A DNA stretch of 64,000 nucleotides from Hydrolagus colliei. Lineage: Eukaryota. A model generated the notes under the pieces. It worked only from the letters and a program-made list of their open reading frames with translations. It was not told the DNA's origin and made no database searches. Made by a program: the position numbers and the translations under genes. The stretch covers positions 16,120,001 to 16,184,000 of the forward strand of contig CM068748.1 in NCBI GenBank assembly GCA_035084275.1, in the 5' to 3' direction. This document shows positions 37,715 to 51,067 of the stretch, one piece after another (the first letter of the stretch is position 1; each line of letters starts with the position of its first letter).

Positions 37715-38815
37715 ACAGACACGAAACTCCCCCCAACCACCACCCCCCCACTTATATTCCAAGCCCAAAAACATGAATCATCCCCGCATTACATCCGAGC
37801 AAAAATAACACGGAACACTGCCCCCACTTTAAGTTCCAAGCCAAAAAACACAAAACACCCTCCTTTACATCCCGAGTCAAAAAACACGAAACACAACCCC
37901 CATAAGTCCTCAGACAAAAAAAGAAACGCCCCACGCTTTACACCGTAGTCCAAAATATAATCCCAACACCTTACATCCCGAGTCAAAAAAATACACAAAA
38001 TCCTCTTCCACCCCCCACCAATTCCATGAACCAAAATAACACAAACACCCTCCCCCCGCTTGCTTATATTTGGAGTCAAAAAACACGAAACAGCCCCCTT
38101 TATGTCCTTGGCCAAGAAAAACACATAGCACTAACCCCCTTGTGTTCCAAGTCAAAAAAACACGAAACACAACCTACCCGCACCCCACTCCCATCCCCCC
38201 CCCCCACCACCCCGACTTCACATTCAGAGTTGAAAACACATGAAATTGCACCCTTCCTTGGCCAAAAAAACACACGAAACACCCTAATGGACACCCCCCC
38301 TCTCCCCCCGCACCACCGCTTACATCCACAATCAAAAAGCACGTAACACCCCTTCCTTACGTCTCCAGCCAAAAAAAAGCACGTAACAGCCTCCACTTAC
38401 ATTCCAACCCAAAAGCATGTAACATTGTTCTGAGGTTCCAAGCCAAAACATACAAAATACCACCCCCTTACATCCTGAGCCAAAAAAACACATAACATCC
38501 CCCCACCCCCTTGCATACTTAGTCAAAAAAAATGAAATTCACCACCTTACGCTGTGAGCCAAAATAACACAAAATGTCCCCCCCTCACACCGTGACTCAA
38601 AAAAACACGAAAAACACCCCCACTTAAGTCCTGAGCCCAAAAAAACTAACACCCTCACCCTCATTTTACATCCTCAGTCAAAAAAACATATTAAAGCCCC
38701 CCTCCCCCACATACACTTAAGTTCCAAGGTAAAAACATACAAACCAAAATGTAACAAACAGGATTATGCCCTGAGGACAAAAAACACGTAACACTCTCCC
38801 CTTGCGTTCTGAGTG
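37715..38815. repeat. Degenerate minisatellite, about 25-30 units of ~35-45 bp, consensus approx. C(n)-TTACATCCYGAGYC-A(5-8)-CACGAAACA
   Basis: Recurrent ttacatcccgagtcaaaaaacacgaaacac with variable C-rich spacers; strongly C/A-skewed + strand. Confidence 0.9.
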
Positions 38816-38818
38816 AAA

Positions 38819-39275
38819 GTAATGATAATAATCCTTGCATTTGACATAACTCTTTTCACATCATCTAGATGTCTCAAAACGCTTCACAGAATATACCGTA
38901 AAGTGAATTGACTGCATTTTTGTGGCCAAACGTGGCAGCCGATTGTGCAGAGCAGTGTCCCATAAACAGTCGTGGGTTGAGTGTAATATTTTTTTGTGTG
39001 CTGGATTATTTTTATATCAGATAATATTACATACACAAAGTAATTGGTTGATTTTTTGTAGAGGGGGATCTGAGAGGAAGCAGATGTGTGGAGAAGGGGA
39101 AGTGTGGAGAGGGTGTCTGATGGTCAGACTCCCTATTTAAATAATAATAATAATAATCCTTGCATTTGATATAGCACTTTATTATTGAGACCTCTCAAAA
39201 CGCTTCACAGGATATATCGTAAAGTGAACATATATTTTGTGGATGAAACGCGACAGCCAATTGCACACAGCAGTT
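38819..39275 (-). mobile_element. Two 5'-truncated SINE copies (38819-38995 and 39140-39275)
   Basis: Both begin (aat)n-atccttgcatttga and follow the family 3' half. Confidence 0.85.
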
Positions 39276-41059
39276 TGGCCATTACGTGGAGAGGGCAATT
39301 ATTCTGTTATGGAGATGACCAATGATAATATATTTATTCATCAAAGGTGGATAGGTGACCTCAGGCTCAAAACAGATCTATCAAAATAGCAGCACATAAA
39401 CATTTCGCTCTTCACAACTATTCACGACAAAAGTCTAAGTCCAAACAAACAACTACAAAACATATTGTGTTATATCATTAAAGGTTGAATATGGCAGACT
39501 TCCCTGTTTGATCGCAGGTCCTGGTAATGGTTGGCAAAGATGGTGGGCCTTAAACTATAAGCCAAGACCAAATGAGAAGCAAATAGGTGCCTAGGAAGAG
39601 GGTGGATTCACAGTCAAGTTCAGCAAAGCTGACTCAAAAGATGAATAAACACATAGAACGGTTCGACCCAAGAAGCAACCCATTTACGCTGGAGATCACT
39701 TCAGCTCACACTCAATTTGATCTCCCCAGCGTATAATATACTTTAGCCTCAAACTAAGACATAGGGCAGGCAAGTATCACGTTACCGTGAGATGACATGA
39801 GGTGGCCGGTGATGGATGAGCATGGGCTCGATGTTGGAGAGGAATAATTCAAAACAGGCTTGGCAATATCAGACCTACCATAATCCTTATTCTCAGTACG
39901 GTTTTAAATCAACTTCATAAGATAGGTTTTAAATCAACTTTGCACAACTGTGTTTTGGTTCAAAACCTTATGTAACAAACGTCTATTAAAATTTGTGGTG
40001 CATGTGGAGTTTCTTTGCTTGGCTCCATTCTCCTACTTATCAGAAAGGGTTGGAAGAAAGGCTGTATGATTTTAGTGCAAGCCCTGTGATTGGCAGGTTG
40101 GAAAAATATAACTTCTATTTACAAGTATTAAGTGATATCCTGGCTCACTGGTACAAACAGAACTTTACTACTTGCAGACTGAGACCCACATAAATGCTTT
40201 TTTGAGCTTTCTCTCCTTCATCAGGCACACCTCGTCAAATATGGGGCCATTGTGTAAAATAACTCTTTTAGAGTTACATGTAAATTTAACATATTCCATT
40301 CCAGCCATCTATCTCTGGAAGTTCTATGTATATGTGGTATGCATGGAACTCTGAGTTTGGTTTGGATACTATTAACCATGTTGTCAGGTTTGTGTCAGAT
40401 ACCTGGCCGACCAAATAAAAACAGCAAGAGCCTTTTGCCTGGGAAGGGCACCCAATTGTCAAAGACAATAAAACCTTTTGCTTTCATAGTGTTAACTATT
40501 TTCCTGTTCTCTGGTAATGTCTGTACACACACACACATATATATATAAATATATCTAGATACACTTCACTACAGCACTTATTCTAGTCAAAATTACATTG
40601 AGGCAATTGTTCTGATAAATTGTGTTAACCTAGCAATTGAATACAGTGAGTTTCCTAGTTGATCCATTGATAAAAATTTCCTACTCAGTTCCTTTTAATC
40701 CTAATGGATTGGATGGTCCTTGCTGGGCAAAAAGCTGGAAAGCTTGCCAGACACTGCTTTCAATGGTAAACTGTACGGTTTTAGCTGGTTCGAATCCAGA
40801 GGTATCTAAAGCACACTTTGCACCCTAAGCCTTGACTCTTGTGCCTAAAATGCACCGGAATTATGTGAGTGGGACATCTCCCTCCAGGGAGAGAGTGCTC
40901 ATTCCATTCCAATAAATATCTTGGGAATTTCCATATATAGGTGGGGTGCATGGACTTCTCAGTTTGGTTTGGATACTCTTAAGTATGTTCCCCATCTATC
41001 AGACACGTGGCGCTGGCTACCCATCAGAAATTATATGCTGTATAATAAGAATGCTTGCT

Positions 41060-41310
41060 TTCATGTCAGGATGAGATCTCAAAGCATTTTACGAGATTTG
41101 CTATAAAGTGTAATGAGTGTGTACATTGTAGGCATATTCAGAGGCTAATTTGCACACAGTAATGTCTCGCCTGCAGCCTTAGAGTGAAAGGCCAATTTTA
41201 TCCAGGGGATTTTTGGCCAGAACGCTGGGAAAAGCTCCCTTCTGTTTTCAAAGAGCACTAAATAGAAAGACGGGTCCTCAGTTTAACATCTCGTCTAAAG
41301 GACGGCACAC
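41060..41310 (-). mobile_element. Older Deu-domain SINE
   Basis: gacgggtcctcagtttaacatctcgtctaaaggacggcac is the reverse complement of a Deu-domain core; ttggccagaacgctgggaaaagctcc also matches. Confidence 0.65.
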
Positions 41311-42614
41311 CCTAGGGAGCAAAGATTTCAAATCAAAATGCCTCAAGGGTAACCAGTGATTAGAAACTATTTTACCCCACAGAGCAGGGCTATGCAGAAC
41401 AACCTCTCGACAAAAGCAACTGATGATAAAAAGATGCTTGAGCTGAAATTGTACCAAGTTAGTCAGCCCACAGAGAGAGTTCCACAGCCATGCTGGTAGC
41501 TATTGACACCGGCTGGGATAATATTTAAACTAAGGCCTGAGCATCGAGGTTTTCTCGATTCAGAGCTTCAGTTAATAGTATTAGGTACAAGAAGCTGAAG
41601 CTGTGAAGGATAGGGAACTGGCGGGTAACAATGGCTTTGGCCGCTGTACGATTCCACCAGACTAAACAAGCTTCATCAGCCAATTGGCCAATTCTCATGC
41701 TACAGATTCAAATAAATGCTATGACTAGCTCAGCCTTTAATAGGACAACCCAAGACCAATGTACTATTCACTGAGTTATTAATGTATTTCACCATAAAGG
41801 TAAATATGAAAAGTATCATAGTTAAATAAATCTGCTGTCAATTTTGAAGCACCATAGTCCAAGGCACTGCTCATGCAACAAGCAAGAATATTGCAGCAGC
41901 AAATCTAACAGACAATTACCTACCCCTATAGGCTTTGGCTGTCTTATCTGTAACGAATCACATTGGAGCCCTACCAAATCCATCCTGCTAAAAGAGCACC
42001 CTCAGCAGACGGCTTCAGGGCCGGTTCAAATTGTGCCACTAGAGTATGTTTCCAGACTGTTTGTGGAGTGACCAGACTGTTTGTGGAGTGACCAGTCTAT
42101 GAAGAACTTTCACAACCAACACCTGTAATCTGGATTAAGATAGTTTGGTGACCTAAAGTGAAGAGGCATAGGTGGTCAGAGTGTAAGATTGTCAATCTAA
42201 AGTATATCTGCTGCTATTTTCTTTGGTGCAAAGAAAATTCTGGCTTAGAGTTTCAAAGCTTGCATTTGGGTTTTGCTGACATACTGCAGACATGACTACT
42301 TGAACAGAAGTTGATTTGTTTTTGTATTTTTTTAAAAAAATGAACACTTTGCCAGCCAAAAGGTTGCTAAATATGCAAAGGTGATCGTTACAGTGCCTTT
42401 GTGTTTAAAGTGGGGGTAAAATATTGTGATGTGCTGTTGCATCAGCTTCAGACTTTGTCTGTTGAAGGCGTTTATTTAGCTGGTGGAGTTTTGTGATATT
42501 TGGGACGTACTTCTGGCTTGGTAGGTGCTATATCAGTGGTGACCAACCTTTCTGATCAAACAACCAAATCTTGATTGAATATTTCTTGATTTACGGCCAC
42601 ACCATAAATATCGC

Positions 42615-42958
42615 AGCTCAGTAGCTATTGGAAGGATTGAGAGTGACGGTTTATATTTAAGTTCAAGATTAACCTTAGACAAGATTCCTTACTCCACATG
42701 CCTGTTTATTCAGTAGTAAGTAAAACCCAGTTGTTAGTCAATTGGCGGATTCCTTTCCAGGGTTAATAATCCCTTCAACAAAAAATAATGATAATTTGGG
42801 TACTCAATCTATTAGTGTTTGTAGGATACTGCTATGCACAATTGGTTGCCATTTTCATTCACAAAATAGTCAATGCACTTTACAGTGTATTCTGTGAAAT
42901 GCTTTTGAGAACAGCTCAATTACATGATAAGGTGCCATATCAAACGTAAGGATTATTT
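42615..42958 (+). mobile_element. Long-subfamily tRNA SINE, decayed head
   Basis: ttccttactccacatgcc...gttagtcaattggcggat...tatcaaacgtaaggattatt. Confidence 0.8.
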
Positions 42959-45109
42959 CTTACTTTAATATGCAGTTATTTTAGGGCTTGTTTTGTCACA
43001 AAAGTTGTGTCGTTCACTCACAAAACCAACACCACTGCAATTTTCCTACATATCCAAGAGAGCCCAAGGAGTTAAACTGGAACATATTGTAGACATTTAT
43101 TGAGTTCTGCGGATAGTGTAGCTGGAGATCATGTCCTGTTTGTGTCTCACTTTTATTAGCTATTTAAGAGGTGTTTGACAGCAGAAATAGTTGGGAAGAA
43201 TTACTGGATTTACAGCAGAGCTGTTAATCGTGCTGTTAATCTCAGAAAAAAAATATTTTACAAACATTTTTTTCTTTAAAATGAATAAAAGGTCTAAATA
43301 TTTGCAATTGGCTTGGGCCCAGGCCTAGATAAAGTCCTTCACAGCATCTTTTTGGATTGTACTTGGAGCTCAACAGATGTTTGAAATAATGCACGCTTCC
43401 AGGAAAGAATAAAAGAGTTTACTTTCAATCAAATGCAAGTCTGACTATTTATTGCTGTTTTTATTAACTTTTGATATATTGCAGGACAAGCCAAAATGTG
43501 AATGGTCTGTAAAATGAGTATTAATTTCCTGAATTTAGGATTTAATGCATGGGCTGTGGGGGAAAAAAGCACAGACTGGAACTTGTACTGTATATAAGAT
43601 GTCGTGTTCGAGGTATACAATGCAATAATGACTTGTTAAAGAAGCTCTGTTTCATCCCGATGTTATGATCATCTGGTTAAAATTGTAGATTAATTTGGAA
43701 ACACCTGTGCTGCAGCTTTTCCCATTATAATAATAATAATCCCATTAGCAAATACACAACATCGAATTGCCAGATGAACATTGCAAGAGTTCAATTTGCA
43801 ACATGTAACCGTTCTCTCCATCTCTCTGCACACACGGACATATCTGTAATGCGCCAGCAGCTTGTCTTTCAGGAGATAATGGTTGATGTAAAACAGCCAC
43901 AAAAGACCACACAAGGTTTATTTTGCAGCCAGCTGGTGTGTATAAGCTAAATCATAGAAATGCCACTTCGGAAACAGCACAGCTCACAGATTGTGACCTG
44001 CGCTGATACTGCAGAAAGATTCACTGCAAATCTATAACTGGACATTGTCACTGCACAACCACCATCAGACGTTCTTCATTATAAACAACCTCCACCTCCA
44101 GGGGGCAGTTGTTTCCTGTATGTACGCGATGAAGAAATAACACTCTTCCCTCAAAGACCCTTGTGGCCACTGATAATGCGAATAAATGTCAATGTTTCCA
44201 GCAAGCTTTTCCACTGTTTGCATTTAAACCCAAGACAAACTGAAACAGGGCTCCAGGCCACTTTAATGTTAAACATGGCGAAACATGCACTCTGTTGCAG
44301 CAGATGCATCTCCATCAATAAAGCAGCATGGCCTAAGGGCATGTTCAGCACATTGCCCATGAAAACTCCTAACTGTTAGTAATTTTCCACAACGGGTGAT
44401 AACCATAGGTGAATTTTCCTCTCAAATCGGTCTCTGAATTAAAGATCCTGTGGCAGGATCGAGGACAACCCTTTTTCTTAGGCAACCACAACAAATAGTT
44501 CAGCTGTTAAAAACAAGCAATACTCTCATCGGCACCCACTGAAGCACTATTTCCTTCATCTGTAATGATTACATTTGCTGAATGCGTTTTACAGTGAAGT
44601 GACAGGGTTTTACAGGGCATCATTTAATCTTCTGGCAATAATAGAATACTAACTTACATTTGTACGACGCCTTTCACATTAAAAATGAACGTCTTAAAGA
44701 GCTTCGGAAAGTGAATCGATTAGAAAAGATGGTGTCACCTGGATCCACATGGCGGCTATTCTTTGCCACTTAAACACCTACAAAGGGAAGATAGGCTATT
44801 TGAATCTAGAGGCACATTTAGACGAGGAGTGGAATATAACACAGGATAAACAGGAGAATTATTATGTATTTCTTCAAAAGAGCAAAAGTGATGGCTAGCT
44901 GTGTGGTTTGAGCTGGTTAAACTCCGACAATATGAGTTATTGCTTTAATACAATGATAAAAAGGATCCACCTGAGTCACTGTTGTACGTGTGTGAGTGTG
45001 TGTGTGCATTTGTGTTTTGGGTCCTCTTGCCATTCACCTCAACGTAGCAGCAACAGGAGGGAAGCAGCTTCCAGACAGAGGAGTGATAAGCAAGGCTACT
45101 GCAATACTT

Positions 45110-45472
45110 TAATAATAATAATCATTGCATTTGCATTTGACATAGCAGTCTCAACACACTTCACAGAATATACTGTAAAGTGAATTTACTATATACTGTA
45201 TTTTGTGAGTGAAACGCAGTAGTCAATTGAGTACAGGAGTGTCCCACAAATAGTCGTGGATTGAGCACCCAAATTATCATTTTTGTTAAGGGATTATTAT
45301 CCCTGGAAAAGCAATCCACCAATCGACTAACAACATAGTTCCTACAAACTGCAGGGTGAAAAGAGACGTGTGAAGTAAGGAAACTTACTCAACATTTTGC
45401 TCACCCCCGGGATTCAAACCCATCTCCTTTCATTTGTGTGGAGAGTGATCTATCCACTAAGTTACAGGATTC
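45110..45472 (-). mobile_element. Long-subfamily tRNA SINE
   Basis: (aat)n tail through ccaatcgactaacaac to ggattcaaacc (B box) and ccactaagttacaggattc (A box), reverse complement. Confidence 0.8.
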
Positions 45473-47064
45473 TGATGCTTTAAAACAATTGAGGTCTTGA
45501 AAGAGAAAGAAGATTGGAAATAGAGAACTAAGTTAAAGCTGGACTGGAAATGATGATTTAAGAATGTTATCCTATGTGGAAGATGAACTCACAACTCATT
45601 CTCCAGCACTTCATTACTCAAGAGTTATGAACCCTTCACATGCAGAAAAAGCGTAGAATTTCCCTCCACATTTTTGATTGCTGCTCTATTTTACATCCAA
45701 GGGTTCTCGAAACACTGACTGTTGCATATGCCGAAACTGGTATCCACCTTATTTCTGGCACTGGCTCCAATTGGAAATTCTGTGCAGATGAATTTTCCCC
45801 GCAGCACTAAAGACGAGAAATAAGGCAGTAATCCAATCATATTTATATACACTTCAAAGCATGCGGTCTTTATTGAACACTTATACAAATTTTTTTAGGA
45901 ATGTTTTTAAAGGGTAACGCAAGCATGTGGAGGGCATGAAATCAGATATCCAAGCCATACATGGGAGAATGGTTATGGTTTCAGGTTTGATCCTCGTAAA
46001 GGTGCGAGACAAGCCTCTGGGCTTCGTAAAGAGTGGAAGCACACAGGTCAGGTTATTTGACCGACAGCTACCCAATATGCCCCCAAAGGTAGTCACTGTA
46101 CTTTACGGAATATCCTGTGAAGTGTTTTGGGATATCCTCCTGATGTGAAAGAGGCTATATCAAATGTAAAGATGAATGTATCAGTGTTCTTTGCGCTTGA
46201 TCTAAGAGTCTGTCCATGCTTAACACCCGGACTCAAACATGCACAGAGTATTAAAGCGCTCCAAATGCGAGTGAAACTGTATTCCTGAGTGAGTAGTTGC
46301 CTTTACGTGAGGAGAAAACAGAAAAAGACATAAGATGCAAGATGGGTCGTGTCATATCCAGCTAGAGTGCGACAAATGTCTGTGTAAAAAAATGCAACCT
46401 ACTGTCATAACACTTACATCACGCAGCACAGAAACAGAGAGGGGTGGAACATTTGTTTAGTGGGCGAACAGAACAGAGTACACTTGGCACAAATATTCCA
46501 GGTTCCAGCACACCAGATGAGGGAGGCCAAACACCTGCATACTGCAGTGAGAATTTGTGGGTCTGTTTATACCTAAAGAAAACAGTGACATAAATGCCCA
46601 TAAAACAGGAATATTTTATTTGTCATATTGCCAGTCCTTATTTTATTTTGTTACCACTAACACAACCCATGCAAAATGTCAGCATTTATGAAAATAACAG
46701 ATGTTCGAAACATCTTACATTGGAATGAAACTCCAGCTGCCCGCAATTGTAAGTCTCCAAATAAAGTGATATATTTCAGAGTGGCTATTAACCAGGAGGG
46801 GAGAGAAACAGTAAGTAACAGTACAAAACCAACGTGAGCGAGCCATTACTGAATAGTTACTCTGTTCTCAAACAGGGCGACTAGTCCGCTTCCACTTGAT
46901 TGCCTCCCCTTTCTGCCTTATTCAGTGTCCAACCCCATGCCACTGTGAATGCTCCAAGACCCTATCTTACATGAAAGGTGCTAGATAAATGCAGGTTTTT
47001 GCATGTTTGCCATGAGCACAGAAGTATTTGTTCAAAGACGCTGTGGTTAAAAGCGGCAACATTC

Positions 47065-47310
47065 TAGGAACATAGGAACAGGAGCATCTTCGAGCCTGTT
47101 CCACCATTTAATTAGATCATGGCTGATCTGTACCTCTCCTAATCCTTTCAATTCCAATTTCCTGCTTCCCTTAAGGCCGTATCCCTTAATACCCTGACCT
47201 ACCAAAAATGTATCAACGTCACTCTTGAAGGTGTGGATGGATCCAGCATCCACAAACGTTTGTGGGGAGATAATTCCAGATTTCTACCTCCCTTTGAGTG
47301 AAAACAATTA
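47065..47310 (-). mobile_element. CR1 LINE 3' end, second family
   Basis: Minus-strand FTQREVEIWNYLP and DAGSIHTFKSDVDTFLVGQGIKGYG, then cagatcagccatgatct...cctgttcctatgttc 3' end. Confidence 0.85.
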
Positions 47311-47344
47311 TTTTAAAGGAAAGTGTTGTATACTTGTTCAGGTT

Positions 47345-47530
47345 TACAATAAAGATCCCATGGCACAATTGATGAAGCCAAGGAATTTTCATCTGGTGTC
47401 CTGGCCACAAACCTCCAACTAAAATTGATCATTCACTTCATGGGTGTTTGTGGGCAAACAAGCTGCTGGATACACCTACACATATAGTCACTGCAATTTA
47501 TGATAAAATCCTGTGAAGCACTTTGAGACA
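47345..47530 (+). mobile_element. Older Deu-domain SINE 3' part
   Basis: aaagatcccatggcac...ggtgtcctggcca...ctgtgaagcactttgagac. Confidence 0.7.
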
Positions 47531-47540
47531 GATCGATTAT

Positions 47541-47855
47541 AATAATAATAATCCTTGCATTTGACATAGCACTTTTCAAGTCTTCTAGACACCTCGAAGT
47601 GTTTCACAGAATATGCTGTAAAGTGAATTAACTGTATATCTGTGTATTTGCTGAAACACAGCAGCCAAATTGCGCACAGCAGTGTCCCACAAACAGTCGT
47701 GGATTGAAATGACCAATTTATTATTGTATTTTTCGAGGGATTATGATTAGGCGTGTGGAGTAAGGAAACTTGCTCAAGGTTTCACACAGCCTGGAATTGA
47801 ACCCAGGTCTCTGGCTTGCAAGGCGAATGCTCTAACCACTGAGCTACAGGACTCC
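47541..47855 (-). mobile_element. Full-length young tRNA(Ala-like) SINE, short subfamily, with candidate ATTAT target-site duplication
   Basis: Reverse complement GGAGTCCTGTAGCTCAGTGGTTAGAGCATTCGCCTTGCAAGCCAGAGACCTGGGTTCAATTCC; ATTAT at 47536-47540 and 47856-47860. Confidence 0.92.
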
Positions 47856-48504
47856 ATTATGCCAAATAAAAGAATGGGAATTACTGTTGTCGTGCAGGAT
47901 CTGCAGCAGGGAACAAAAGCTCAAACAGTACATTGTAATACTGAATGTGAGAGGGGGATAGGAACTGGAAAACACTACAATTTGTAAGGGAAACACCGCT
48001 CAAAAACTCAAGTGGTTAAAATTGCCAATTGACGTGGATGAATCAGACACACAGCTCAGTACTGACACTGTGTGCTGTGGAACAGTCAGATGCAAGCAAG
48101 CGTTAGCTTGAGATTACTCGCCAAGCAGGTTTTAGATACCAGTTGGCCCCAGGCACACACTGTGCATTTTTCCCTGCAGGAAAAGGAAACAGATCATAAC
48201 TTGCCCCAGGGAGGTGGTCTTCATTTACTTTAGTTACACTGCAGCTGTTGCCAAAGGTCTGAGAGAGCAGGTCATTTGCCCACCATTGCTCACACTTATT
48301 GAGGAGTACTGGAGGGGAGGGGAGAGCAAAATGAGAGCTATTTTTGCTTTCATGGGTTGAATTTCAAGAGATCCCCAACTTGTGTGTAATTTTTTTCCCC
48401 CACAAAATATATTTGTCGATAGAATACATGTTCACACTTATCTCGCAAAGGACACGGCCCTCCCCAGGGTTTTGCAAACAAAAAATGACAACGGAAAGAA
48501 GGCA

Positions 48505-48693
48505 AAACACAATAATAAAATTGGTCATTTCAATCCACGACTGTGTGTGGGACACTGCTGTGCGCAATTGGCTGCCGCGATTCACCCACAAATATATACA
48601 GTCAATTCACTTTACAGTATATTCTGTGAAGCGCTTTGGGACGTTGATAAGATGTGGAAAGCGCTATATCAAATGCAAGGATTATTATTATTA
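48505..48693 (+). mobile_element. 5'-truncated young SINE
   Basis: Near-consensus 3' half ending gcgctatatcaaatgcaaggattattattatta. Confidence 0.9.
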
Positions 48694-49264
48694 AGGCAGA
48701 TTTAACCATTTCAAAGCCTTTATGCTAAAAAGTGGTGCAAGGCATCCTCGCATGTTAATATCTCGCTTTTATTTTCGTCCGCCAGCCATGAAAGGGAACT
48801 GTGCAACTATGGCTTTCCATTTCCAGCTATCAGGAGCCCACACAAAAGCTGAATTACCAATTGGCAGTCTTTTGGTATAACACTATACTGTACCCCATAT
48901 TCATGATGCTTAAAATAGGATAGGACCAAGGAGGGGAGAAAAATCACGACATATTCCCCATTTCCGTAGTCCCTCGACTTCATAATGTTCTTTCCAACCC
49001 CCCACCCGCCTTCCCCCCACCACCACCACAGGTGAAAACACACTAGATACAGTAAGAAGGAGTTTAAAAGAGCTATAGCAGAGCAGGGTGTGTCATAACA
49101 CATTTATCTACACTTCTGAGATGGATATTGTGACTTCCAGTATTCGGACATTGTCCAGACAACCTTCCGTCTCGAAATATTTATAGTCCCACATTGGTCG
49201 GTCCTTACACAATGTATTGTGTAACCTGGTGATTCCAGTCACACAAACTGGCTTTTCTCATCAT

Positions 49265-49337
49265 CCCCTCCCTCCCTCCCTCCCTCCCTCTTCTCCTCCT
49301 CTCCTCCCTCCCTCCCTCCCTCCCTCCCTCCCTCCCA
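49265..49337. repeat. (CCCT)n polypyrimidine microsatellite
   Basis: Directly visible. Confidence 0.95.
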
Positions 49338-49612
49338 GCCCTTTCAGCGCTCACAAATATCCCTTTCACATCAATTGTTCTTGAGGACTAGTTTGGGGCC
49401 ATTGTGAGCACACGTACACTGGTGTCACTGTGCATTCCCGTGAGCCTGCACCGACACCAGAGCTTTCTCTACACTGCAGCAAATGTATAAAAATCCCGCA
49501 GCCTCCCACAGCTGTCAGGTTCCCATAAGTAAATACGGCGTCACTCTGGAGAAGCCAGCATCCCCTTCACTTGCACTCTCTTAAATTACATTTCAATAAC
49601 CGAGAGTCAATC

Positions 49613-49640
49613 TCACACAAACACACACACACACACACAC
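49613..49640. repeat. (CA)n microsatellite
   Basis: Directly visible. Confidence 0.9.
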
Positions 49641-51013
49641 AAAACTTCCTGGATCTGGTTTTGAGGGCCGAACTACAATCCCTTTTTATGGGGGGGGAGG
49701 AATGAGATATTTACTTCGGGTGGTTGAGAAGATAATAACAAGCCATTAAAATGATGCGATGTGTTACTTGTGACTGAGGAACGTGGCGCTCGCTCGGTGG
49801 ACAGATTTAGTTTTATTGTCACAGGTTTTGAAATATTATTTTCCATCGTGTGGCATCTGCAACCGCAGCACAAAAAAAAAAGGCTTTCAATTGCAAACGC
49901 CACTTACTATAATGGGACACGGGCGACATGCGCAGAGCTGTGTGGCTGTATTGTTTCAATCACGGAGCGAGTGTCTGAATAATCTAAAGTGAATTTGTAA
50001 ACCAGAGCCCTCAAGGGGTTAAAGCTAATTTATTAAGCTTACTCTTCAGTTGTTACCAGCCGTTCCTTGCTGGAGAGCCAGTTTAATTTCAACCAGTTTT
50101 TTAAAAAAAAATTAAAAGCTTAAATATTAACAGATGGTTGTATGCCAATATGGTTCCTTTTTTTTTGCCCATGGTACTAAAAGTGATTTGCAACCACGTC
50201 ATATTATTTATCATTACTCATTTACTGTCAGCAGTGCATTAGAGGTTAATAGAAGTGCCAGAACTTGCACTGATTTACTTAGTAAAATTTTTGTTCCAAG
50301 GTTCAGGTCGGCTGATTGGAGTCTGTGAGACTTTCAATATTCATACATTATGAACGGGAAAACCGCAGTGACCTTGAGACGTAACTATTTGAACACTATA
50401 TTACATCAGGTTTGACCTTCAGCGGCTTATAAATGTACTGGGTGTATTTAACCAATATTGTCTCCTGTATTACTGACACTGTACACACACAGGGCTGGAA
50501 GATTAATGCCATGTGACAACAATAAAAAAAACATGTGACATAGATACTCCGAGTCTCCTCCAATGACCTTCAGCATTCTGAGCTGTCAATAGGAAAGGAC
50601 GAGAATAATCATAGGTAGCCTTTAAGGGGAAAACAAGGGGGCACTTTCCTGAGTCACCTCGTTGCTTTTGTGCTCTGCTACACTGGGAATTGTCTTATCT
50701 AGCTCACACGTTGCCACAGTGGGGACAAGAAATCAATAAAGCTCGTGTTAGCTGCAGTGTTAAGGAAGCTGCAAAATACCAAGGTCAATCCATTTATTCA
50801 TAAACGTCTTCATTTCCAAATGTCAACTTTTAAGTGCGTTTTTTTTGTTTGGTGTTTCACGAAAGTTCATCACCCTCTCTTTCTCTCCCTCCCTCTCTCT
50901 CGCTTGTTGTTTACCACTGGAATGAAGAAGGGAGGAAACTGATTCCACGGCATGCAACTGTACTATAACCTGTTCTATCACTGTTGTTAAAATTGTATCT
51001 GTGTGGAGGGTTG

Positions 51014-51067
51014 GTGTGTGTGTGTGTGGGGGGGGAGGCGGGGGGGGTGGGGGGGGGTAGAGAGAGA
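51014..51067. repeat. (TG)n followed by G-runs and (AG)n; G-quadruplex-capable
   Basis: Directly visible long G tracts. Confidence 0.85.

Noticed and set aside
37715-38815. Repeat-spacer layout superficially like a CRISPR array
   Set aside because: Vertebrate context, degenerate repeats, low-complexity C-rich spacers and no cas genes; it is a minisatellite.
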